Assembly: GCF_002087085.1 (NCBI RefSeq)
Contig: NZ_MWQY01000018.1
Location: forward strand, 1-64,000
Direction of reading: 5' to 3'
Length of the DNA stretch: 64,000 bases
The translations under genes were made by a program, and so were the position numbers. Below, piece after piece: positions 37,801 through 46,813 of the stretch. Each line of letters begins with the position of its first letter. Position 1 is the first letter of the stretch. The notes under the pieces were generated by a model that made no database searches, was not told where the DNA came from, and was given only the letters and a program-made list of their open reading frames with translations.

Positions 37801-38639
37801 AATCCGCGGTGACTGCAGCCCGCAGCTACACAGGTCCAAAGGTTTCCCCCCGGGTCCTGATTCCCGTGTTCCCCGGGACGAACTGCGAATACGATTCAGC
37901 CGCCGCCTTCCGCAGGGAGGGGGCGCTCCCTGAGTTTGCCGTCGTTCGCAACCTGAACCCCCGGATGGTAGATGAATCCATCGCCCGGATGGCCGCAGGG
38001 CTCAAGAAAGCCCAGATCCTGATGATCCCCGGCGGCTTCAGCGCAGGAGACGAGCCGGAGGGGTCGGGAAAGTTTATCGCCGCCTTTTTCCGCAACCCCG
38101 AGCTGACAGACGCGATCCATGAGTTCCTGGACAGGGACGGGCTTGTCCTGGGAATCTGCAACGGCTTTCAGGCCCTCATAAAGCTGGGGCTCCTTCCCTG
38201 GGGACGGATTACTCCCCTGAAGGCGGACAGCCCCACCCTGACCTTCAACACCATCGACTCCCACGTCAGCCGCTTTGTGGTAACCAGGATCGACAGCGCC
38301 TCCTCTCCCTGGCTGACGCATACAAAACCCGGAGAACTTCACTGGATACCCGTATCCCACGGGGAAGGCCGCTTTGTGGCAGCTCCGGAGGTTCTGAAGA
38401 AACTGGAAGATTCCGGGCAGATCGCCGCCCGTTACGCCGACCAGTCGGGAAGGCCGACCATGGAAGGACCGGCCAATCCCAACGGTTCCATGGGAGCGGT
38501 GGAGGCCCTGGTAAGCCCCGACGGAAGGATCCTGGGCAAGATGGGACATTCCGAGCGCTGGCGCCCCGGGCTTTATCGGAACATACCGGGGAACAAGGAC
38601 CAGGGGCTGTTCAAGGCGGGTGTGGAGTACTTCGGGTAA
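34881..38639 (+). CDS. purL: Phosphoribosylformylglycinamidine synthase (large, fused form)
   Basis: WSDHCRH, ETHNHPT, DFGAGG, SESQERM, PGGFS, GICNGFQ, SHGEG, MGHSER; SD AGGAGG before ATG 34881. Confidence 0.96.
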   Translation: MVRRVYVEKLSPFAHEAQHTLKEISGSLGIRGIHAARLLHRYDIDGLSEPEFRSAAETILAEAPVDRVHYELPVLSPKDHVLAIEALPGQYDQRADSATQAIQLMTHAAPPAVSAAGVWIFTGDISPENMTAIREYLINPVESREASLDLPESLELKAPEPAQIPLVDGLMDADGETLRNIMNRYGLAMSEADLALCRDYFRNTEKRNPTETELKVLDTYWSDHCRHTTFLTSLEEISFEDNPISRRIEATYREYLELKKLCSPKKPVSLMDLAVIVMKEFRGDGRLEDLEVSEEINACSIRVEARVNGKPEPWLVMFKNETHNHPTEIEPFGGAATCLGGAIRDPLSGRSYVYQAMRVSGAGDPGTALADTLPGKLPQRSICTTAARGYSSYGNQIGIATGKVHEFYHPGYIAKRMEIGAVIGAAPERNVSRLEPAPGDLILLVGGRTGRDGIGGATGSSREHSQDSLASCGAEVQKGNPPTERKLQRLFRDQEFSRRIKRCNDFGAGGVAVAVGELAPGLEINLDAVPKKYAGLDGTELAISESQERMALVIEAGDLDYFIRRAAEENLEATRIAEVTDSGRLVMRWNGSTVVDLSRDFLDTNGAEQQSSACIEGPLTEEPPFDLDKRSRSFSEQLLSVLSGLDSAGQEGLGQLFDSTIGAGSLLMPFGGRTQTSPSDGMAALLPLEEGETDTATLMSFGFDPRISSWSPYHGAVYAVLQSVARITAMGGDYRRTRLTLQEYFERLGKDPKRWGKPLAALLGAFHAQRALGTPAIGGKDSMSGSFEELDVPPTLVSFAVAPVTAERVISQELKVAGSTLLLLSIPRDDDYLPDLKIAAETYGRIHAAEPGIIRSARSIGAGGIAAALAEMAFGNELGVEIDGSVAREDLFRLEYGSIILEVSTDSPWRELFQGLPCREIGRVIAGGELRFGTEVLPLDTALEAWRNPLLKVFPIAPSPAEASGKVEVRGEKKSAVTAARSYTGPKVSPRVLIPVFPGTNCEYDSAAAFRREGALPEFAVVRNLNPRMVDESIARMAAGLKKAQILMIPGGFSAGDEPEGSGKFIAAFFRNPELTDAIHEFLDRDGLVLGICNGFQALIKLGLLPWGRITPLKADSPTLTFNTIDSHVSRFVVTRIDSASSPWLTHTKPGELHWIPVSHGEGRFVAAPEVLKKLEDSGQIAARYADQSGRPTMEGPANPNGSMGAVEALVSPDGRILGKMGHSERWRPGLYRNIPGNKDQGLFKAGVEYFG

Positions 38640-38641
38640 TC

Positions 38642-39823
38642 CTATGAATTATATTCAGTGAATACTCTCTTTAATGAATCATAATCATCGAGAAATTTAT
38701 CAGCATATTCTTTTGCCCATTTCTGCCATTCAATTGAAGAAGCATACTCATTGTCTTTATTTTTCTTAAAATTGCCAATTCCACTACTATTCGTGGTTCG
38801 CCAAAGGTACCAATAGTCATTTGGGTTTAATTCATCACAAGGTATAGATTTCTTGTTCACGATATGCTCAATTCTATCCTTCACGTTCTGATCTGTGGTT
38901 CCAGGTGAGACAGGCTGTAATCCTGTCCCTAAGCGATAATTACCATTATTCCAGTTAAACTCAACCACCCAATTATACTGTTCGGACATTGTAACGCAGA
39001 ACCCATAATCATCACCTTCAATAGCACTTTGTTTGATTTCATTTACGTCTGTTTCGATTTTTAAGCCACGTTGTTGTAGCTCCTGCATCAGTTCTTGTAA
39101 AAACATTACATGACATCTCTTTTGTGATGCATTCAGTACATAGCGTGTCTGATTCGGTTCTATTGAACCCTCCTCGAAAACAGCACTTGCCGCTTCTCTT
39201 TCATTAAAGGAATCATTAACCATTTCTTCTATCATCTCCCTGTATAATCGTATATTGCAGCGGATATTGTCATTACCAAAAGCTTCAGGCGTATCATCAC
39301 AAGTCTGCAACCACTTAATAATATGCTCTTTATAAGAACATGGCGTTATCGGTCCCGTATAATCTCCGATGGAATCAACTGATGGATCCCAGCCTAATGG
39401 AGTAAGATAGACAACGTGTATCGATTCTTCTTTATAGTTGTATTTCTCCCCTTTTAAAGTTTTTACATAGTTACTAATTTGAGCAGGCTGATCGCGGGCA
39501 TCAACTTTGTTTTCGATTATTATTGCAGTCTTCTCATTCAATAATTCTATAAGAATATCTATATTATCTGTTTCTCTTGAAACTATGATCGATTTTGGAT
39601 CTTTTAGTGAATAATTGGGGAATTCTTTAATTTGAAGACACCTAAATAGAAGTCTGACTCGTTCCAGACTGCCATCATAATTCGTATCTATAAGCTTAGC
39701 TATAATGTCTGAATGAAGAAGTTCTCTCCGGAGTACATTACTGGAAAGAAGTAAATTGAGATTATCATTTTTTAAGGTATATAGTTTTCCTGAGATATCG
39801 ATTATTGTCTTCAATACAGACAT
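38642..39823 (-). CDS. PD-(D/E)XK nuclease family protein
   Basis: E..HS..IA, IDILI...IIIENK...DQPAQISNY, YLTP; AT-rich; SD GAGGA. Confidence 0.8.
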   Translation of the reverse strand: MSVLKTIIDISGKLYTLKNDNLNLLLSSNVLRRELLHSDIIAKLIDTNYDGSLERVRLLFRCLQIKEFPNYSLKDPKSIIVSRETDNIDILIELLNEKTAIIIENKVDARDQPAQISNYVKTLKGEKYNYKEESIHVVYLTPLGWDPSVDSIGDYTGPITPCSYKEHIIKWLQTCDDTPEAFGNDNIRCNIRLYREMIEEMVNDSFNEREAASAVFEEGSIEPNQTRYVLNASQKRCHVMFLQELMQELQQRGLKIETDVNEIKQSAIEGDDYGFCVTMSEQYNWVVEFNWNNGNYRLGTGLQPVSPGTTDQNVKDRIEHIVNKKSIPCDELNPNDYWYLWRTTNSSGIGNFKKNKDNEYASSIEWQKWAKEYADKFLDDYDSLKRVFTEYNS

Positions 39824-39962
39824 AGATAATTCCTCACAAGAAATATTTTAATATGACCATAAAGCAACTTCCTCTGAATATGCTGTCAATAATCTTCATC
39901 AACTTTCAACTTGGATTATTCAAAGACATTCAGTATTGGTGCACCATCCTTTAGAAATCTCA

Positions 39963-40673
39963 TTAATTATTGCTCTGTCTCGGTCGAACTGAATCTTCCT
40001 CATTTTCTTGAGTTATAACATCGTTTCGGAGATCGAGATATATTCTGGATAAACCTATAGGGACTGATAAATATTTGGCAAGTAGATCAAGATATTTTCG
40101 GTTTATAATGTTTGAATTTGCGACTACGTACTTATCGTTGCTTTGCTTGTATAAGATTAAAACAAAGGAAATGAATTTTTCTTTTACAAATCTTTTTACA
40201 TCCTGAATTCTTCTAATACTTTCAGGTTTTGAAAAAACCAAGAAATATGATTTTCTATCATAAATGGCCCCTCCTGCTTTAGTTATCCTATGAAAATGAC
40301 AAGGCTGGAAATTCCCGGTTCTTAACCTATGAACATCAAGAGCACACATAGCAGACAATAAGTCCATCATAATCGCATCTGCGGATTGATTTATGCTAAT
40401 AACCAGGCATGGAATTTTCTTCGTTATTGATAATCTCTTTAAAAATTCCATTGTTGGCAATTTCTTGTACAACATTTTCGATACATAATCATCCTTACAT
40501 TCTTCTCGTCCGCATATATATTCAATTTTGCCATATGTCTCCTCGATATCAAATGCTGGATAATTAACTTCTTGAGAACGATTATGATATCTCTTTTCAA
40601 TTAATTCCATACACTCAGTAAGAGCCTCGCTATACATTAAAATTCGATAAATTGTGGGAACACTGTCTGACAT
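39963..40673 (-). CDS. Degenerate DnaB helicase C-terminal-domain-like protein (236 aa)
   Basis: Colinear DnaB-like blocks MELIEKRYHN, KIPCLVISINQS, LDVHRLRTG, FHRITKAGGAIYD, LAKYLSVPI; catalytic motifs absent; SD AAGGAG. Confidence 0.65.
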   Translation of the reverse strand: MSDSVPTIYRILMYSEALTECMELIEKRYHNRSQEVNYPAFDIEETYGKIEYICGREECKDDYVSKMLYKKLPTMEFLKRLSITKKIPCLVISINQSADAIMMDLLSAMCALDVHRLRTGNFQPCHFHRITKAGGAIYDRKSYFLVFSKPESIRRIQDVKRFVKEKFISFVLILYKQSNDKYVVANSNIINRKYLDLLAKYLSVPIGLSRIYLDLRNDVITQENEEDSVRPRQSNN

Positions 40674-41111
40674 ACATTTCTCCTTTATCAATTACTCTGT
40701 TAGCCCAGAGTGGGTATTTATAAACAAGGCTCTCGACCGATTTTTCCGGGCGTTTGTGCTGTTTTCACTACTGCTAAATGCCATGAAGAAAAGAGATTTT
40801 TATAAATTAAAGATACTCTACTCATGACGCTCCACTGCAACTGAAACAATGAAAATAGGCGGTCCGAAAGTGTGTAATGAGAATGGCGGATTGGTAGCGG
40901 CATCATATCCGATCCTGATCATTTTCAGCCAGGTCCGGAACACCAAATTAGTGAAGAGTAGTCATTCCAAAAAGCAAACCTTTCAATTAGCCGGGCATAC
41001 ATTTTCAATCAGACGCTTGGGTACGTGTAATCTGTATGCAAACTGCACTGTGCTAAAAGCCGGAATTCGGCAATGGATATTCCTCTTCAGCCAGCTACAA
41101 TAAACCTGCCT

Positions 41112-43148
41112 TTACACAGCCGCCTTCAAACTCACCTTCTGCATCAGATACACCCCAGCGTATACAGCCAGACCCGCAGGGTAGAGCATGAAGCGCAGTT
41201 CATGGGCAATCCCGAATAATCCGGCAAAAAAACCGGGATTAAAGAGAATAAAGGAAGCCAAAAGCAGAACAGGGATTTCGTACCAGCGGTTCTGCCGCAG
41301 AAACCAGCCCTGCACGGCATTGGTAAAGGCGAAGGCCCCGAAGATCGCCATGACGAAGATCAGCATGGATACCGGCCAGCCCCGCACTCCCTGGAGTACC
41401 AGGTCGGGATTGAAGATGAACATGAAAGGGATCACCGCCGTCCGCAAGTCGTAGATAAAGCCCTGAATACCCGTTTTTATGGCGTCGGACCCGGCAATGG
41501 CGGCGGCGGTATATGCCGCAAGACCCACCGGCGGGGTATCGTCGGCGAGAATCCCGAAGTAGAAGCAGAAGAGGTGGGCGGCGATGGCGGGGATAATGAT
41601 TCCCATGCCGCCCCCCAGCTGGAGAATGATCGGTACGGTAATGGAGGCCATAACGATGTAGGTGGCGGTTGTGGGCAGCCCCATGCCGATAATCAGGCTC
41701 GCCACGGCGGTAATAAAGAGCAGCAGGAATATGTTTCCCATGGCCATATACTCCACCACCTGGACGATCATGCTGCCGATTCCCATATTCACGATACCCA
41801 CAACGATTCCCGCCGTGGCGGTTGCAAGGGCCACGGTCAGCATGTTACGGGAACCTTCGATCATTCCCTTTCCCACAAGAAGGACCACTGCCCAGGATGC
41901 CTTTAAGGGGGATTCTTTTTTCCTGACCGCCAGGAATATCTCCCGTGCAAGATGCACGACAAAGAGGGTCACAATTGCGGTAAAAGCCGAGAGCTTCGGA
42001 CTGTGGCGCATTATCATCAGTTCGTACAGAAGAACAAAGAGGGGAATCAAATTATGGAAGCCCCCTTTCAGGACGGTCCAGAAGGGAGGACACTCCTCCT
42101 TCGGCAGCCCCTCCATACCCCGCTTTGAAGCCTCAAGATGGGTAATATAAAAGAGGGCGAAGTAGGAGACAAAAGCGGGGATTGCCGCAGCCCTGACGAC
42201 CTCCATATACGGCAGACTCAGGTATTCGGCAATAATAAAGGCGGCGGCTCCCATTATCGGAGGCATGAGCTGCCCGTTGGTACTGGCGGCCACTTCAGTG
42301 GCGGCGGCAATACGTCCGGGATACCCGACCTTCTTCATCAGCGGAATTGTAAAGGTCCCGGTGGTAACAACATTGGCGATACTGGACCCGGAAACAAGCC
42401 CGGTAAGTCCTGAGGAGACCACTGAAGCCTTGGCGGGTCCGCCCTTGTAACGCCCGAGAAGGGAGATTGCCAGATCGTTAAAATAGAAGCCCGCGCCGGT
42501 CCGGTTCAGAAGCGCCCCCAGAAGCACGAAGAGAAAGACCGTGTTCGCCGAAACATCCAGGGGAATTCCGAAAATTCCCTCCGTGGAGAGGGCAATCTGG
42601 CTCAGGTACTTGCTGACGCTGACCCCCCGGTAGGCGATAAAGTGAGGCAGATAGGGCCCCAGAAAAGCGTAGGCGGTAAAAAGCACGGCGATGGTCCCCA
42701 GGGGCATCCCGATAACCCTCCGGGAAGCCTCCAGCACCAGAAGGATCATCACAAAACCGAATACCAGGTCCCGCCCGATGGGGCGTCCCGCCCGGGAGGC
42801 GATTCCTTCGTAATCAAACACCACATAGAGCACCGCCGTAACCGCCGCGGCGGCCAGAAAGAAGTCGATTATGGGTATCCGGTCCACGGCATGGAGAAAC
42901 TTGATTCGCCTTTTATGTTTGGAAATCGGGTAACCGAGATAGACCAGGGCCACCGCGAAGGCAAGGTGGATTGCCCGGACAGTAACGCTGTCCAGAACCA
43001 CAAGCCTGGGCAGAGCAAGCTGGAAGAGGGCCCATAATACCGCGATGGTACCGAAGAGGATCCTGTCTATGGGCCGCTTATCACGGATAAGACCCAGTTC
43101 CTCTTTTAATAATTCTTCCGCGGTTTCGTTTTCCCACTCCTTGGACAT
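41112..43148 (-). CDS. TRAP transporter fused permease (4TM/12TM, TAXI type)
   Basis: GGPAKASV, SGSSIANV, GQLMPPIMGAAAF, GMGLPTTATY, TPPVGLAAY. Confidence 0.94.
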   Translation of the reverse strand: MSKEWENETAEELLKEELGLIRDKRPIDRILFGTIAVLWALFQLALPRLVVLDSVTVRAIHLAFAVALVYLGYPISKHKRRIKFLHAVDRIPIIDFFLAAAAVTAVLYVVFDYEGIASRAGRPIGRDLVFGFVMILLVLEASRRVIGMPLGTIAVLFTAYAFLGPYLPHFIAYRGVSVSKYLSQIALSTEGIFGIPLDVSANTVFLFVLLGALLNRTGAGFYFNDLAISLLGRYKGGPAKASVVSSGLTGLVSGSSIANVVTTGTFTIPLMKKVGYPGRIAAATEVAASTNGQLMPPIMGAAAFIIAEYLSLPYMEVVRAAAIPAFVSYFALFYITHLEASKRGMEGLPKEECPPFWTVLKGGFHNLIPLFVLLYELMIMRHSPKLSAFTAIVTLFVVHLAREIFLAVRKKESPLKASWAVVLLVGKGMIEGSRNMLTVALATATAGIVVGIVNMGIGSMIVQVVEYMAMGNIFLLLFITAVASLIIGMGLPTTATYIVMASITVPIILQLGGGMGIIIPAIAAHLFCFYFGILADDTPPVGLAAYTAAAIAGSDAIKTGIQGFIYDLRTAVIPFMFIFNPDLVLQGVRGWPVSMLIFVMAIFGAFAFTNAVQGWFLRQNRWYEIPVLLLASFILFNPGFFAGLFGIAHELRFMLYPAGLAVYAGVYLMQKVSLKAAV

Positions 43149-43174
43149 GCACTGCTCCTGTAAAAATATAAATT

Positions 43175-43199
43175 CTGCGGTGCAGGGCATGCACCGCAG
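43175..43199 (-). terminator. Intercistronic stem-loop
   Basis: CTGCGGTGCA-GGGCA-TGCACCGCAG perfect 10-bp stem. Confidence 0.55.
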
Positions 43200-43209
43200 T
43201 CACGTTCGT

Positions 43210-44214
43210 TTATTTCTGTATAAGCGCCGGGTTGATGTATTCGGTCAATCCCGCTTCTTCATAGTACCTGAGGGCACCTTTGTGAATCGGGGCGGAGAGA
43301 CCTTTGAGCATACTCTCCCTGGTCAGGTTCTGGTATGCCGGATGCAGTTTTTTAAAATCGTCGAAGTTTTCGAAAACCTCTTTGGTAATGGCATACACTA
43401 CATCCTCCGGAACCTTGGTCGAGGTAACAAGGGTAGCCGTTACTCCCACGGTAACAGGATCGGAGGTGTTGGCCGCCATGGGATACTCCTTGCCGGGAAG
43501 AACAGCCTTGGCATAATAGGAGTACTTGTCCGTCAGGGCCTTGAGAACGTCTCCGTCGATATTGACAATGCGGACCTTCACCCGGCCGGCGGTTGCTTCC
43601 TTGACGTTCCCGTTGGGGTGTCCGACGGTATAGAAAAAGGCGTCGATACGACCGTCATTCAAAAGCCCCGGGGCTTCCACGGCGTTTACGTTTTCCGCCT
43701 GCACATCAGCCTCGGAGAGTCCCGCCGCGGCGAGAACATCCAGGGCGTTCTGAAGGTTTCCGGAACCGGGATTACCCAGGTTGACGCGTTTTCCCTTAAG
43801 GTCCGCCACCGATTCAATCCCGCTCTCAACGCTGGCCACCAGGGTAACCGCCTCGGGATGAATGGAGAATACCGAGCGCAGCTCCTTCTGGGGACCGCTC
43901 TCTTCCCATTCAGCAAGACCGGTGTAGGCCTGGAACTGACGGTCGGACTGGGAAATCCCGAAATCCAGGTCGCCGCTTAGAACTGCGTTCACGTTATATA
44001 CCGAACCGCCGGTGGACTCCACCGTCGCTTTGATGCCGTATTCATCGTACTTCGCATTTACCATACGGCTTATGGCACCGCCGGTGGGATAATAGACCCC
44101 TGTTACTCCGCCGGTACCGATGGTGACAAACTTGCTCTGCCCCTGTCCGCCTGCAAAGACCTGAGGCGCAGCCTGCAGAAGCACAAGCAGGGAGAAAACG
44201 AGGATTTTTTTCAT
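43210..44214 (-). CDS. TAXI family TRAP transporter solute receptor
   Basis: IGTGGVTGVYYPTGG, STGGSVYN, QSD, LKGKRVNLGNPGSG, PIHKGA. Confidence 0.95.
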   Translation of the reverse strand: MKKILVFSLLVLLQAAPQVFAGGQGQSKFVTIGTGGVTGVYYPTGGAISRMVNAKYDEYGIKATVESTGGSVYNVNAVLSGDLDFGISQSDRQFQAYTGLAEWEESGPQKELRSVFSIHPEAVTLVASVESGIESVADLKGKRVNLGNPGSGNLQNALDVLAAAGLSEADVQAENVNAVEAPGLLNDGRIDAFFYTVGHPNGNVKEATAGRVKVRIVNIDGDVLKALTDKYSYYAKAVLPGKEYPMAANTSDPVTVGVTATLVTSTKVPEDVVYAITKEVFENFDDFKKLHPAYQNLTRESMLKGLSAPIHKGALRYYEEAGLTEYINPALIQK

Positions 44215-44236
44215 ATGATTCTCCTATAGAATAATA

Positions 44237-44252
44237 ATTGTGGATATACAAT
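44237..44252. promoter_or_regulatory. Palindromic operator candidate upstream of the TAXI operon
   Basis: ATTGT-GGATAT-ACAAT, overlapping the -10 of a minus-strand TTGTAA-N17-TATTGT promoter. Confidence 0.35.
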
Positions 44253-44386
44253 ACTGGATTTTTGAGGATATTACAAGTTTCAACTTGATTCTTTTCATTT
44301 TCTCATAAATTGCCGGTGTTTATTCAGAATCTGATAATACCCTGCTTTACTTGACCTAAACAGCTGCAGATGGGTAGGGTTTCTTC

Positions 44387-45220
44387 ATGACAGATCAATT
44401 TGCCTCCGCCGTATTCTATCTGCTTGCGGCTGTGCTTGTATTCAACATGACCCAGAGAAAGTATCAGGACCTGGGGGAACAGAAACGTTTCGCCAGTCTT
44501 TTTATCGCAGTGGGAATTCTGCTTTTTATGGTGGGACTGCAGATTATCCGGCATTTCGCTCTCCCCCCCGTCAGCTATCTGCCCCTTGGACTGGCCGTGG
44601 CTGCCTACCTGGGGATGCTTCGGGAAAAGATCTTCATCTTTTCGCCCCGCTGCCGGGAATGCGGAAAACGCTTTTCTCTGAAGGAGATCCTCTATATCGA
44701 TTCCCCGGATTGCAGCTGCGGTCCCCGCAGCGTGGATGATATAGACTGGGACACCTGGGAGCCCACCGAACATGCGGTACTCTGCTTTATCGTCTCCGAA
44801 GGCCGGGTGCTGATGATTCATAAAAAAACGGGTCTCGGAAAGGGAAAGATCAACCTCCCCGGGGGACGTATCGAAGCGGGGGAGACCCCCAGAGAAGCGG
44901 CGATACGGGAGACCCGGGAAGAGACAGGTCTTACCCCTCTGGACCCGGAAGAGCGGGTTGAGCTCTCCTTTGTTTTTACCAACGGGTACTCCCTTCACGG
45001 CAGGGCATTTTTTGCCGCATCCTTCGAGGGCGAGATGACGGAAACCGATGAGGCCGATCCGTTCTGGTGCGATCTGGATAAAATCCCCTGGGACCGCATG
45101 TGGGAGGATGATCCTCTCTGGATTCCCAGGGCATTGAAAGGAGAAAAGCTCAAAGGGGTATTCGTATTCGATGAAGATACGATGCTGAGCCACAGAATTA
45201 CCAGCCTGGATGGAAAGTGA
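44387..45220 (+). CDS. Nudix hydrolase (MutT/MTH1-like) with N-terminal membrane domain and Cys motif
   Basis: Nudix box GGRIEAGETPREAAIRETREETGL, MWEDD; about three N-terminal hydrophobic segments; CRECG...CSC. Confidence 0.85.
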   Translation: MTDQFASAVFYLLAAVLVFNMTQRKYQDLGEQKRFASLFIAVGILLFMVGLQIIRHFALPPVSYLPLGLAVAAYLGMLREKIFIFSPRCRECGKRFSLKEILYIDSPDCSCGPRSVDDIDWDTWEPTEHAVLCFIVSEGRVLMIHKKTGLGKGKINLPGGRIEAGETPREAAIRETREETGLTPLDPEERVELSFVFTNGYSLHGRAFFAASFEGEMTETDEADPFWCDLDKIPWDRMWEDDPLWIPRALKGEKLKGVFVFDEDTMLSHRITSLDGK

Positions 45221-45284
45221 TTATTATTTGATCCTGATACAAAAATTCCCTATGCTATACTTGAGGGGTAAACAGAGGTAGCTG

Positions 45285-45863
45285 ATGTTAGTTGAAGCCG
45301 AAATATGGACAATTGCCAGAACAGACCAGGGCAACGCCGTTCTGGTCCGTCCCATCGGCAGCGAATCCGCTGTTCCGATCTTTATCGGTCAGCTGGAGGC
45401 GCAGTCCATCCTTATCGGGCTTGGAAACGTCCCCATGCCCCGTCCCCTTACCCACGATCTGTTCATTACCCTTTTTTCCATGCTCGGCGCCGAGCTGCAG
45501 CGTATCGAGATAACCGCCCTCAAGGAGGGAACCTTTTACGCCCAGATAATCCTGAGTAAAACGAACGGCGAGGAACTGATTATCGACGCCCGGCCCTCCG
45601 ACTCCATCGGAATAGCCGTACGGGCCAAATGTCCAGTCTATATTGACGAATCCGTGGTTGATGAAGCCGGGATTTCCGTATCCGCCGTAAGCACTGGCAG
45701 CGAAGAGGTGGCATCCAACCCCTACGAACAGGAGAAGCGGCGTCTGGAAGAGGAGCTGAACCGGGCCGTGGAGGTCGAAAACTACGAGGAAGCCGCGAAG
45801 ATCCGGGACAAGCTGCAAAGACTGTCGGAAACCTTCCCCCAGGGGGATGAAGAAGCAGAGTAG
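45285..45863 (+). CDS. Bifunctional nuclease family protein (DUF151) with UVR domain
   Basis: PIFIGQLEA, RPLTHDL, DARPSDSI; AVEVENYEEAAKIRD. Confidence 0.92.
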   Translation: MLVEAEIWTIARTDQGNAVLVRPIGSESAVPIFIGQLEAQSILIGLGNVPMPRPLTHDLFITLFSMLGAELQRIEITALKEGTFYAQIILSKTNGEELIIDARPSDSIGIAVRAKCPVYIDESVVDEAGISVSAVSTGSEEVASNPYEQEKRRLEEELNRAVEVENYEEAAKIRDKLQRLSETFPQGDEEAE

Positions 45864-45895
45864 CTCTCCTACAGGCAGAGCGAAAGGAGGCGATC

Positions 45896-46237
45896 ATGAG
45901 AATTTCACAACTGGACTGGGAAGCGAAGATGTTTCTCGCCGGCTGCATCAAGAGCGCCATCATGGCGGACGGCCGCTTTGGCGATGATGAACTTGCGGAA
46001 CTAGAAGAGCTCGAATCTGATCTCCCCTTCCGGGACTTTCCTGCTGCCCTGGAGGAGTTTGAAGCGGTTGTAAAAGACAGCGAATCCTTCTGGGAGATGG
46101 CGGAGGAGATCCAGAAGAAGGACATTCAGGAGCTGATTCTGTCCATCCTGCGGGAGATCAGTCTGCGGGAGGGTTTTCCTGACGAACATGAACTCGAACT
46201 TATCAGCGACCTGGAAAGGGTCTGGAATTTCCAGTAG
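45896..46237 (+). CDS. Small acidic TerB-like protein
   Basis: ADGRFGDDE and EG..DEHE repeats; SD AAGGAGG. Confidence 0.55.
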   Translation: MRISQLDWEAKMFLAGCIKSAIMADGRFGDDELAELEELESDLPFRDFPAALEEFEAVVKDSESFWEMAEEIQKKDIQELILSILREISLREGFPDEHELELISDLERVWNFQ

Positions 46238-46720
46238 TCAGGCGCTTATGGCATACCCGCTGCCTATGGTATCCAGCGCTCCGTGGAGGAGGACCCGGGC
46301 AATATGCCCTTCGCTGTTGATTATCCGCTCCCGAAAGGCTGCCAGGTGCAGGTACCGGGAAAGCACCGCAAGCATATGAAGATACACTCCCTGCATGGAA
46401 GGCGGATTGGCCGCCACAAACAGAAGACGCACAGGCTCACCGTCGTAGGAACCGTATTCAATACCATGCATGGATATTCCGAGGCACAGAAAAATATCCG
46501 TCAGACTCTGCAGTTTTCCGTGGGCCATGGCGACGCCATGCCCGATACCCGTATTTCCCTCGAGTTCCCTGCGAAGGACTGCCTCCTTGAGACCATGTAT
46601 CCGGTCCAGGGTCCGCAGCATGCTGATCCCTGCAAAGAGTTCGTCAAAGGCTTCCTGCTTGGTTTCGGCCCGAAGGGGAACAAGTACCGACGAAGGGGGG
46701 AGGAGGTGATGGTAGTCCAT
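46238..46720 (-). CDS. PTS EIIA (Ntr/fructose-type) domain protein
   Basis: RRE..NTGIGHGVAMAHG, DGEPVRLLF; SD GGAGG before ATG 46720. Confidence 0.85.
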   Translation of the reverse strand: MDYHHLLPPSSVLVPLRAETKQEAFDELFAGISMLRTLDRIHGLKEAVLRRELEGNTGIGHGVAMAHGKLQSLTDIFLCLGISMHGIEYGSYDGEPVRLLFVAANPPSMQGVYLHMLAVLSRYLHLAAFRERIINSEGHIARVLLHGALDTIGSGYAISA

Positions 46721-46813
46721 GGCTGAATCCTCCATACCTCTAGTATCGTCCGTTTTGTACCAGCTTCTTACGCTTAAATATAGAAACAACTACACGTAAA
46801 CAGGATCAGGAAG

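Noticed and set aside
39916..39963. 15-codon ORF (MRFLKDGAPILNVFE) coupled by TAATG to the DnaB-like gene
   Set aside because: Too short to support; could be a relic of a truncated gene.
40700..41100. Small ORFs 40718-40906 and 40849-41103 in the AT-rich islet
   Set aside because: No SD or motifs; probably degenerate remnant sequence.
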